64,000 nt of DNA. It comes from Octopus vulgaris. Its lineage: Eukaryota. Made by a program: the position numbers and the translations under genes. Each line of letters opens with the position of its first letter. Within the stretch, counting starts at the first letter, position 1. The stretch spans positions 48,050,001-48,114,000 of the forward strand of contig OX597819.1 in assembly GCA_951406725.2 (NCBI GenBank). Reading direction: 5' to 3'. The notes under the pieces are model-generated. The model was not told the origin of the DNA and did not search any database. It was given only the letters and a program-made list of their open reading frames with translations. Below, in pieces: positions 54,180 to 64,000 of this stretch.

Positions 54180-54625
54180 AAAGATGAATTCTGTTTTTCC
54201 AATGTTCACATAAGAGTTCAATGTCTTCTGATACATCCTCCAGATTGTGATGTAAGGTAGTAGCTTCTGCAGTTACTTCTGACATTAATGCTAAGTCATC
54301 AGGGTAATCTGCATTTGTTATTGTTCAGATCTGGAATTTCTAGATTTTTGTGAGGGTGAAACTAAACTCCTTGTAATCTATTGAAGTGCAGGGGACTTCG
54401 TTGAGACAGTATAAAATAAGAAAGGTGTGAGAGTGACTCCCTGTAAAGTAACAAAAATGTTGGGAAAATCTGTTTTCCTATCAGGTCTCTAATTAAAATC
54501 TTAGCTTGTAAAGCATTATTACATTATATTTCTTGAGGGGTGCCTTAGACTGGTAAATTCTGTTTCTCTATGAACTAAAATCAAAAGCTTTTGAGAAGTC
54601 TAAGACTAACAAAATAGCAGGAAGA
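54180..54625 (-). mobile_element. Decayed RTE-like RT fragment
   Basis: Minus strand: FSKAFD...GVTLTPFL...ITNADYPDDLALMS...YVNIGKTEFI. Confidence 0.75.
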
Positions 54626-54702
54626 TTCTAACTTCTTCTACACAGTAGTTGACTATGTTGTTTTATGGCTCTTTCACCTGATGCTCACCAAAAGACTTGA
54701 AT

Positions 54703-55080
54703 AATAAAATAATAATAATGAAATTATTGTATACAGTGCTCAAGTGCACCACAACTTGTCAGACAGTGCATATAAAGCACATGCAGTAATGTACAAATGT
54801 CTGGAAAGCGAACAATGCATGAGTCAGATACATGCTTGTGTGTGTATGGAGGGGAGAAAATCAGGTGTAGTGTTGGCAAATCTCAGGAAGCATGGAAGTT
54901 TTGAAGGATGCAGTGCTCCAACAACTAACAACTGATGCCGGCAGTTTGTTCCATGCTTCAGCAACTCGCAGCGTGAAAAAATGTTTCCTAATGTCATGGG
55001 AGCTGTGCTGTTTTCTGACTTTGTAAATATGTCCACGGGTGTTAGATGGGTGGAGTTTGAAAAGGGTGTTTTCTGACTTA
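54703..55080 (-). mobile_element. CR1-clade LINE 3' end
   Basis: Minus strand: FKLHPSNTRGHIYKVRKQHSSHDIRKHFFTLRVAEAWNKLPASVVSCWSTASFK (CR1 TRGH...FF..RV..WN.LP motif), then 3'UTR and (TTA)n tail. Confidence 0.9.
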
Positions 55081-55094
55081 GTAAATATGAAGTT

Positions 55095-55427
55095 TTGCTA
55101 GACGCCACCTACACATGCATGCTTCAAACTATTTTGAGTTGGTCCTGGAAAGAACACCCTACCAAAGAAATTTTATACAATTAGCTACAAAAATTATTAT
55201 ATATAATTAAATAAAGAAGAGTTTGTTTTGCTGGCCACCGCTGGACATTGGGCAGCTCAACTTGGTTGTAATCACATTGGTCATCCTGCAAACTCACACA
55301 TCAATCAGTTAACCGATAATACTGGATGTCACCAAGAGAAATTATTACATGTCACAGAAGGTAGAGATAGGGAGGGGGGAATCGGGGTCATGAGAACCCA
55401 AGCAAGCTCGACCTAATGATAATGATA
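55095..55427 (+). mobile_element. Decayed RTE-like LINE 3' end
   Basis: Fragments ...TYTCMLQTIL..., FAGHRW, HINQLTDNTGC, DR...VMRTQASST*, then a short gat tail. Confidence 0.6.
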
Positions 55428-55866
55428 TTGTAGATAAATCGCTCTATTACTTAACTAATCCCTTCTCTACCAGTAAAATGTTCAGTAATTGCTTGCATCT
55501 CAGATGTCATCAGTGAATGCGTTTGATAAACTCCCTTAAAATAATTATCTTTCAACTCCGGTAATTAAGAAACCTTTTTGTTATTATTTATGTTCAATAT
55601 TCTTAAAATCCCAGTGTGAATTCTAAAAGATAGATTTATCAATAAATTGAATTTTTTCTTTCATCAATAAAATGATTCTTTTTCACAGATGAACCAAAAC
55701 ATATTAATTCAAATACTCTTTAGATTGCTTTATTATGTAATTTGAAAATTTCTATTCAAATTAATTCATAAATGATTATTTTTGTTTGGTTTTAAATTAT
55801 TTCCCTTCTGGAAATTCAATTTCCTTCAGAATTAACTTCATTTGTATTCAATCCTTGCTTTTACAG

Positions 55867-55974
55867 CAACATCCATTAATACTTCAAGTGAAAACTGAGA
55901 AAAGAGATGGATCAACAACCAATAATCCATATGTAGCTTTTAGACGAAGAACTGAAAAGATGCAAACCCGAAAA
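55867..55974 (+). CDS. EPC1: EPC exon: QHPLILQVKTEKRDGSTTNNPYVAFRRRTEKMQTRK
   Basis: Acceptor ttacag, donor gtaaga; 108 nt, phase 0/0. Contains the conserved PYVAFRRRTEKMQTRK. Confidence 0.97.
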
Positions 55975-56186
55975 GTAAGAGCTAATTTTTCATTTTGGTT
56001 TTCTTTTGTAAATAATAGCCCTTTTTTGTTATTTTTGCAAATATATATTTTATTGATTATTCCCATGAGTAATTACAATATTTGTTCTCAAAATAAAGAA
56101 AAAGGTTTATTGATTGAAAGTATATGTCTCTCCTTTCCCTATTTTAATTATTTTATATTAATTGCATAATTTTTTTCCCCCTCCAG

Positions 56187-56254
56187 AATCGAAAAAACGA
56201 TGAAGCATCTTATGAAAAAATGTTGAAGTTAAGACGTGATCTTTACAGGGCTGT
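56187..56254 (+). CDS. EPC1: EPC exon: NRKNDEASYEKMLKLRRDLYRA(V)
   Basis: Acceptor ttccccctccag, donor GT|gtaagt; 68 nt, phase 0/2. Not in the ORF track, but continues the conserved EPC sequence. Confidence 0.96.
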
Positions 56255-57124
56255 GTAAGTATAGAATTAAATGCCTGAGAAAATTTTGAACTATTCAACT
56301 TTCAAAGGCAGTGAGCCAAAATGGTTGTAGTCTGAAAGTGATTAAACAATAAAAGAATTTAGAAATTAATAATTTTCTAATATTTACATCTACAATGGTC
56401 TTGCTGTTCATGAGAAAAGTGCCATTTGTTTGCAGTGCATTGCAAAAGCATTTCTGGGCTTCTTTACATGTCTTGATATGTTGCATGGTTTTTGTAAACA
56501 AAAGGCTCCTTCACTTGAGATCATTTGTTTCTAGTTCTATGCACAACCATTCCCGGGAGATTATTACCTTGGTTGTATATAGATGAGGTTTCCAGATGTA
56601 GAAAACTCTGTCCCAACATACATTCATCTGACTTATGCAAGTTTGGAAAAGCAGATGTTAAAATGATGATAATTATGAAGCTTATATTTCAATTGACTTG
56701 ATTTGAAATACAGATCTCTATTTTTAAACTAAAGAGAATAATGTACTTGCTACTAATGCACATCTATCTCTGAAGATGACATCAACAATTCTGAAAAAAT
56801 TATCTTAAGTAAAGACTTGTTAAATTTTTTTTTTTTTATTATTCCTATTTCCTTATGAAATAACTCCTATTCCAAAATCTAGTTCAGCATATATAAAATA
56901 TATTAATGAAACTAAAATGCTGTGACTGAAGTTCTTCAGAATCTTTCTCACTTATTCTTCACAAGTGCAAAAACATGGTGATGTTCATTGAAAATGTCCA
57001 CATAGTTAAATTTTTTCCTTGGAGTTAAATTTAGCTTGTCACAATTGTTCGAGCATGCCACCTCACCAATGCAGTGCTGAGCACTTATTCTCACTGTTTG
57101 TTATTAACATACATGTATATATTT

Positions 57125-57516
57125 TGGATCATGTACTGAAGAATGACCTCATGAAGCTGAACCTTTCAAGTGAGATGACAAAGGGCTGAGATACCTGGTG
57201 CCTGGCTATACTCAAGAAGATCCATTCTCCACAACAAAAATATTAGGTCCAATCCTTCTGGTAATATAAAGCACCCATGCAGTGGCATGTAAAAGTGCCC
57301 ATTGGCAACATGTAAAAGCACCTGTGTGGTGTTGTATAAAAGTGCCTGCATGGTGCCACATAAAAGCACCCAGCATACTCTGTAAAATGGTTGGTGTTAA
57401 GCAGGGCATTCAGCCATAGAAACCATGCCAAACCAGGCTGGAGTCAGGTGCATCCCCCACAGTTTAATAGCTTTGGTCACACTGTCCAACCCAATGGACA
57501 TTAAATGATGATGATA
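57125..57516 (+). mobile_element. Old RTE 3' end with ~24-bp tandem units in the 3'UTR
   Basis: DHVLKNDLMKLNLSSEMTK; five taaaag(c/t)(a/g)cc units; ggttggtgttaagcagggcattcagc; tail gacattaaatgatgatgat. Confidence 0.75.
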
Positions 57517-58069
57517 TGTTTCTTGATTAACCCAACATTCAACAGTCTTTCAATGACAGAAAATTGGCAGAATTGTTAGTGTGCTGGATACTATATATTC
57601 AAATTTCCCCTGTGCTCTGAGTTCAATCCCTGCAGAGGTCAACTTTACCTTTCATTCCTTCAGAGCATTGGAGTGATGGAACTGTTAGGGTGTCAGATGG
57701 GATGCCTTGTGGTATCTGTCCTGGTCCCTTGTGTTCTGACAGCATCACTGGTGACAGCACAAGTGCCAAGCTATACTAGCCATAAGATGGCAGCCTTTCC
57801 TTTCGACAATGTTGAAAGCTGGAGAGAAGAAGCTTGCATACATTTGAAAACAAAAATTGTGCTCTGTCTTTGGTGATTGAAATGGAGTGCTAACTTTTCA
57901 AATATATGATATTTGAATAAGGACCTTTTGTAATGACAGCATCCCAACCAAGACCTTTAAACTATTTTATATCAGCTATTGGCTTAACAAAATATTGTTT
58001 CATACTTTGGACCCACCTTGCTGGTGAGATTCCAGGTTAAAAGAATTGAAATTTTCCCAGATAAAGGAT

Positions 58070-58380
58070 TTACTGGTTTCAATCATTGAACTGCGGTCTT
58101 GCCCAGACACCATTCTGAAGGATTTAGTTGATCAAATTGATCTAAATGATTATTCTACCAGTTTCCACTAAATCGAGGGTATGTAAACATGCCAACAGCA
58201 ATTGTCAAGTGGTGAGAGACAAACACAAATGTACACATGTGCACACACACACACACCTGCAATGCCCCCATCATGGCTTGGGCCTATAGTAGAAAACACT
58301 TGTCTAAGATGCTATGCAATGGAACTGAACCTGAAACCATGTAGTTGTGAACTTCTTAAGCACAAGCCATGTCTGTGCCT
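58070..58380 (-). mobile_element. Old SINE A copy
   Basis: tactggtttcaatcattgaactgcgg...cctatagtagaaaacacttg...ggaactgaacctgaaaccatg. Confidence 0.75.
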
Positions 58381-58558
58381 AGGGATGCAGGCATGTCTGT
58401 GTGCTTAAGAAGTTTATAAGTTCATATATATTCAAGTATTTACTTCATGAACCTAACTATTATTTTGTTAAATCTTTCCTGAATATTGAACTCTTTAATT
58501 GTGTGTGTGTGTGTATTTATGTTTATGAAAAGTGCATTTCCTTCTATTTTGTTTGCAG

Positions 58559-58639
58559 GACATTACTTGAAATGATTAAAAGGAGAGAGAAAACGAAAAA
58601 AGAAATGTTACAATTAACTATTGAAATTCTCGAGAAACG
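58559..58639 (+). CDS. EPC1: EPC exon: TLLEMIKRREKTKKEMLQLTIEILEK(R)
   Basis: Acceptor tttgcag, donor CG|gtaaga; 81 nt, phase 2/2. Contains the LEMIKRREK motif. Confidence 0.96.
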
Positions 58640-59094
58640 GTAAGAATTTGTCAGACATTGTGTCACAGTCTGTATACAAAACTGGTTTATACTTTTTCGT
58701 ATTTGTTACGATGTACATAATTAACCTTGCTTTAAACTGGATGGAGAGAAAAACTTAACACTTTGACCAAAATTCTCCCACAAAAAGCATGGGTTGTTTA
58801 GAAATTTCTCCAAATGCACAATAGTGAACATGACAATTGTTTTGAAATGAAGTAACTACAAAAACAATGTTAATTGGACTGAAATTTCTCGAGAAGAGTT
58901 TGTGGAATATCAAATAAATTTAACTGCTGTAAGGTGCAGGAAATCTAACCTCACAGACTCTTAACCCTTTGGCAAACAATAGTAAAAGCCACAATCTTTC
59001 CTTTTGATTTACTGTTGCTGACAAATGTATCTTCAGCAGTTTTCTCAAATTCTAGAATTAGCCCTGGAATTTTTAAATGAGATTGGTGTTTATT

Positions 59095-60495
59095 TAATAT
59101 TTTTGATATCAGTCCATAGGAGACTACCTCTGGTTCTATGATACAAAAATATCTAATTTACAGTGTTTATATTTAAATTGCAATCTCCTATCATAGTTTT
59201 AGTATTATTTAGTTGAGTTATACTTCCAACTGCAGCAGCCTGATAATGGAACAGTAAGTTGTTTGATCAAATTTCTCCAAATTCTTGAGTATTTTACAGA
59301 TGTAATTGAAATATTTCAACAGACATGTGGGCACAAAAGGCTTAAGAAAAATGGTCAACAATTATTTGATAGCAGTATTCAATAACTTAATGCTTTTATT
59401 ATAAGCACTCACCCTACCACCATTAAAATTGTGAATGACTTATTTTATTTACAGAAGAGAAAATGCGATGTATATTTAAAATGGATTTATTTTACTCTTT
59501 AAAACATCTTTAGTGAACAAGAACAGTATTGTGTATAGAATATTTATTTGTTGTTACAGACTAGTAAAAAAAAGCTATTTTTTAATATTTTAAAATGGAG
59601 GTGAATGTTCTAAGATTCATTGTGTCTGCTAATTAGGTGAAAGATAATTTATCTTAATAATGATTTACGTATTTATTCTTAATACGATCCAACAGGTTTG
59701 AACATAGATATGCTAGTCGCTGTTGTGTATGCCACAGGAGAACTTGCCCTTCTTACAATAACAATATGTTCATAACACACTTGGCTCATTGGTGCAAGGG
59801 ATCTTGAGGCACATGTTTTAACATGTGTCTCGTCAGCCAGAAGTACCTGGACCTTTGAGCCCAAATAAGCTATGGCTTTCGTTTATGATTTCAGCAAACA
59901 AACTAAGTTGTTTCCTGACAATTTGTTTACTGAAATTATAAACAGAACCATCAGCTTCTAGATTTAAAGGTCTGGGTACCTTCTAGTTGACAAGACACAT
60001 GTCTAAAACACCAGTGTCCCACAATCCCTTGCACTAATGAGCCAAGTGTGTTATGAACACATTGTTATCATTCAAAGGAAAAGTTGTTTTACTGTGACAT
60101 ACACAACAACTAACATATTTGCATTTGAATCTTGCTGAAATGTATATAGAATAAATATGCAAATCATTGTTTCAGATACCACTATACACAGTGCAAATAA
60201 CAATTTTAAAAAATTTATCCAAAATTCCTGGTGTAGACATGTTTATTTTTAAATCCTTGGTGTCTTCTCCTTTTGAAACTGATGAAGCATTTCTGTTGTA
60301 AACCAATTAGCTCTTTCATTACCACATTTCTTGTGAAATATAATGCTTATACATTTGATGGAGAAATTTAGTAATATAACTGTTTTGGGGGTGTTTGGAA
60401 AAGGACTGAACAAAAAGGTTTAAATAAGAACACTGTAAAACAAGTGGTTTTGTATCATAAAAACCAAGGGTAATCTTGGACAGATTGTCAATGGA
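59095..60495. mobile_element. ~1.4 kb foldback (long inverted repeat) element, probably a non-autonomous DNA transposon
   Basis: Inner arms 59660-59902 / 59922-60168, with a perfect 24-bp match at 59767-59790 vs 60036-60059. Outer arms ~59110-59360 / ~60295-60485. Confidence 0.85.
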
Positions 60496-61439
60496 TCAGG
60501 CATATATAAAAGCAAAGACAAAGCTAATTCTGTTCTTTGCTTGACATTCTTGTCTTCAAAAGAGAAAATGTAAACTGAAGAACAGAATTATAATTCTTAC
60601 CTTTATTCATCCACAAAATACAAATGTTACCTATTTATATTACATGCAAGTTTAACTTACATATTTTGAAACAAATTGTGGTTGTTTTTATTTTTGAAAA
60701 AGCTGACTACTGCAAAAAGCTCCTTTCTGGTTCTGCAAGCAAATAGTAAAATTGTGAAGAGTAGTTGTATATTAGATATAATTAAACAAACTAACATTAA
60801 TGTTCAATTGATGTACTGATTTTTTAAATTAGCTTTTTTATAATTTTATTGTGTGAGAGAGAGAGAGACAGAGAGAGAATGGAATGGAATTGCTGGTGAT
60901 TGATTTGATAGGGATATAGTTTATATCCTGTCCTGGTAATGTGCTGTATTCATGATGAAGACACATAACTCTTGTTAAGCAGTCTACAGAGTTGTAAATC
61001 ATTATTGTTGAATATAGTTCTTTGATTGAGCAGCATGAGTATCAATTAGTTAACAAGATAGCTTGCATTTTAAATCTTCCCATGAATGTGAGTTAGAGGA
61101 GCAGAGACAGACTCCATTTTTCTGACTCATCATAGACACACTACATGACAGAAGTGTTGTCCCTATGAACTGTTGCATTATGTGACTTGCACGTATACAC
61201 AAGTCATTAATTTAAAGGATTTTTATATTAAAATATTAATAGCTATATATACTTATGATTTAGGTAGATAGAAAAACTATCTTGAACATTTGTACCCTGG
61301 TTCTCATATAGCTTTCTGATGGTTTTTAGATAAACTTTACCAATTAAAAGGTATTGTCAGGATTGTTTCTTGTAAAGTAGAAAGGATATGTGTCCTTCAC
61401 GAATGACAGTATTGTTATCAATGTTACATTGCTATTCAG

Positions 61440-61566
61440 ATATCAAATGGAGGACTTCAGTGGTCAGCTTTTAACTGAGGCAGAAGCTCAGAAGTATTCC
61501 AGGCCATCTTACATTTCTCCATATGGTGTTGCTAGGCAAGGAGAATGGGCAGATGGTATCAATGGG
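61440..61566 (+). CDS. EPC1: EPC exon: YQMEDFSGQLLTEAEAQKYSRPSYISPYGVARQGEWADGING
   Basis: Acceptor attcag, donor GGG|gtaagt; 127 nt, phase 2/0. Completes the CG+A Arg codon and resembles RY...D..G of EPC proteins. Confidence 0.9.
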
Positions 61567-62670
61567 GTAAGTTACTTCAGTATGGTACCTTGTGAAATAT
61601 TTCTTTCTGCATCCTGCTCACACTTAATCTATTGGATGCTGTGCTGACTTTTTTTTTTCATTTCATATGTATTGTTTTCACAACATTTCAACATGTTTTT
61701 TTTTTTTTGGTATTTTTTCTTCATATAGTTTGTTTTCTAAATTTATGATTTAGTTGGTAAAAGCAAAAAGTATATTTTTGACCAAACACTTATTGGGGTT
61801 TTTTTCTTATTAAGCTACATATTAAAAAATGTTTTTCCTTTAATATTTTATTTTTTAATATCGCAATAACTAGATAAAATTTAATGGAACATGAATAATT
61901 GCTTTCAAAATGAAAAAAAACAATTTGCTTTTCTTCTCCCTCTTTAAGTTGGTATCTATGTATCTTTATTGCTTCTCTTCTGAGAGAAGAATACAAATAA
62001 AAATCAGGACAGTTCTAGTGATGAAAATTTAACTTCAGTTTATCTATCAAAGTTTCTTGTTAGGATATTGTATAAATCTAAATCAAGAAGTAAAGGGACC
62101 AGGACTATGTGTATTTGTAAACAATATATTTTGATTTCACTTTTATTTATTTATTCATTTCTTCATCTTTTTATTAGACTGTAATTCTATCATATATATA
62201 TTACAACTGCACATTATACCTTCTAAAGACAGTTTAAAACCAGAACTATGTTTAATACTAGATCCTGGCAGCTTAGCTGCGCATATCAAAATAATTTATG
62301 TTTCAAACTTATGCAATCATTTACTGTAGTACAGAACATCTTCAACCTCAGAGCAAAATGTACTTCACTTATGCATGAAATCCTCTAGAAACTACCCTCT
62401 ATTCATGATTTCAGATTATTGTTTAAATCACTATTTCAGAAACCTAAACAATCTGTTGTGTATAGTCAATGATTAAAACTTTTTCTTCTCTCTTTTACAT
62501 TATATTGTAATAGCAAGTTGTGTGCCTGCACTAAAAATACTATGATACTGAACATGGTTTGCCTTCATTTAGTGTTTTTCCTTTGTCTTGTCTTTAGAAT
62601 ATATTTTTCTTTCAATTTCTTTATATATCTTATTTTTTAAAAATTATGTCTAACCTCTTTCTTTATATAG

Positions 62671-62838
62671 GATGAAGGATTACAAAGTAATAAGAAACGT
62701 ATTTATCGGAAACGTAAACACCGTCAAATTGCTCAGCAACAAGGAGCCAGTCTCAGCAGTAACCAAACTCCTCATTTCAATGATGTTGATGTTTTACAAC
62801 CTGATATTTATAGTTCAGAGGAGGAAGGTCTTTCACCT
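62671..62838 (+). CDS. EPC1: EPC exon: DEGLQSNKKRIYRKRKHRQIAQQQGASLSSNQTPHFNDVDVLQPDIYSSEEEGLSP (basic NLS-like patch plus acidic SSEEE)
   Basis: Acceptor ctttatatag, donor gtaagt; 168 nt open, phase 0/0. Parallels the KRKY...SSDEEPLSQ segment of vertebrate EPC. Confidence 0.88.
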
Positions 62839-63366
62839 GTAAGTACAACCTTCCTTCAAATTCACATATTTTACTTTATTTTGTTGGTATATAATGTTTA
62901 CATTTGAGATGACTTTTATTTATTTCAAAATGAAAAAAAAAAATTGAATATAATAAATACCATTTTGCAATTATGCAAGTATGGAGACTTATGTTCAAAT
63001 ACGGACTTATTACCAGTTTCAGATCACAGATTTTTACATATTCAGTGTTATTATAAATTCAACTATTTCATCTTTTAACAATGACTTCTTATACAATCAC
63101 ACAAAGTCTCAGATTTATATGAGATGAATGAGGTAAGCGTGAGTGATGTTAGTAAAGTGGGCAACAACAGTTGATATTTTGGCTGCTGTAACATTTTTGG
63201 AATTTCAAATCAAACTCTCTATGAAATTCAGGGAAGTACATTGCCCCATATGGTAGCCATAAGTGCTACTTAATACAGTTCACTTATCTTTTTAAATTGT
63301 GGGTCTTCCTCTACCCAGAATACCTTTGACTGGTCACCTCCATCATGTAGATCTACTTTTGTAGAG

Positions 63367-63578
63367 TTGAGTTAATGAAGGAACTTCTATGTAATCAGCT
63401 TGCTAGAAATATCAGCCGACTCTCCTTCAAGTCACACTCTGTGATTTTGAAGTAAGAGAAGGACATATTAGATAATGTAGTCTTTGTAATCTTTAAAAAA
63501 AAGATGATGGTCACTGCTCAAATCACTTTTGGTCATAAGTCTGTTCAATCAAAATGATTTGAGGTTAAACAACAACAA
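63367..63578 (+). mobile_element. Family C copy (sense)
   Basis: ttgagttaatgaaggaacttctatgt...tgctagaaatatcagccgactctccttc...ggtcataagtctgttcaatc...gaggttaaacaacaacaa. Confidence 0.85.
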
Positions 63579-64000
63579 ACTTATTCTAAACTAACTGGAG
63601 CTTCTCAATAAGTGACTTTTCATCAGCAACAACAGTAGCCACATCAATAACAGTTAACACTACTCACTGTGTGGCTGGAGAATTTCTGTAAGGAAGCTCA
63701 CTGTGATTACAGATTTCAAATGTTTTTAAAATGGTTATTCAGTTCATCCTGACTTGTTATCATGCACTTAGAGACATTATTCACATGTGCTTGGATATCT
63801 GAGCATGCATACACAATTGCTCCAAATGTTGGGCCTTGTTATCACTGAAGATCTCTCCTAGTGAAAGTACATCGTTAACATAACTGGGACTGCACACCTA
63901 ATGACTGGCTTTTCTCTCCAGAGTCAGGCAATAATTAAGCCCTCAATAATTATTGGTACTACAAAAAAAATAAAAACCTCAGGTTAGGCCCACAATGAAG

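Noticed and set aside
61393-61400. TCCTTCAC resembling a U12 branch site before a weak acceptor
   Set aside because: The donor at 58640 is GTAAGA (U2 type), not GTATCCT, and the motif has a mismatch.
63113-63138. Strong donor GAG|gtaagc suggesting a micro-exon
   Set aside because: The nearest AG gives 20 nt (frameshifting) with no pyrimidine tract and no EPC similarity.

Overview
AT-rich, repeat-dense animal genomic DNA. The SINE/LINE content suggests an octopus, but that is an inference. The whole window lies inside one + strand gene, an Enhancer of Polycomb homolog (EPC1/EPC2/E(Pc), a NuA4/TIP60 subunit). Eight GT-AG internal exons (32280-62838) splice in frame into 951 nt (317 codons), covering the EPcA region and a basic segment. 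The first coding exon and the 3' exons were not found and are probably outside the window. The introns contain three tRNA-headed SINE families, decayed LINEs (RTE, CR1, R4/Dong type), an internally deleted Tc1, hAT-type and TTAA (piggyBac-type) MITEs that are often nested, a ~1.4 kb foldback element, and long microsatellites. Most notable is a ~200-240 bp short retroposon with about 12 copies, no tRNA head and an (AAC)n tail. Its reconstructed 5' end folds in the order of an HDV-like ribozyme and resembles the ingi/L1Tc 5' signature. Most ORFs in the supplied track are spurious.
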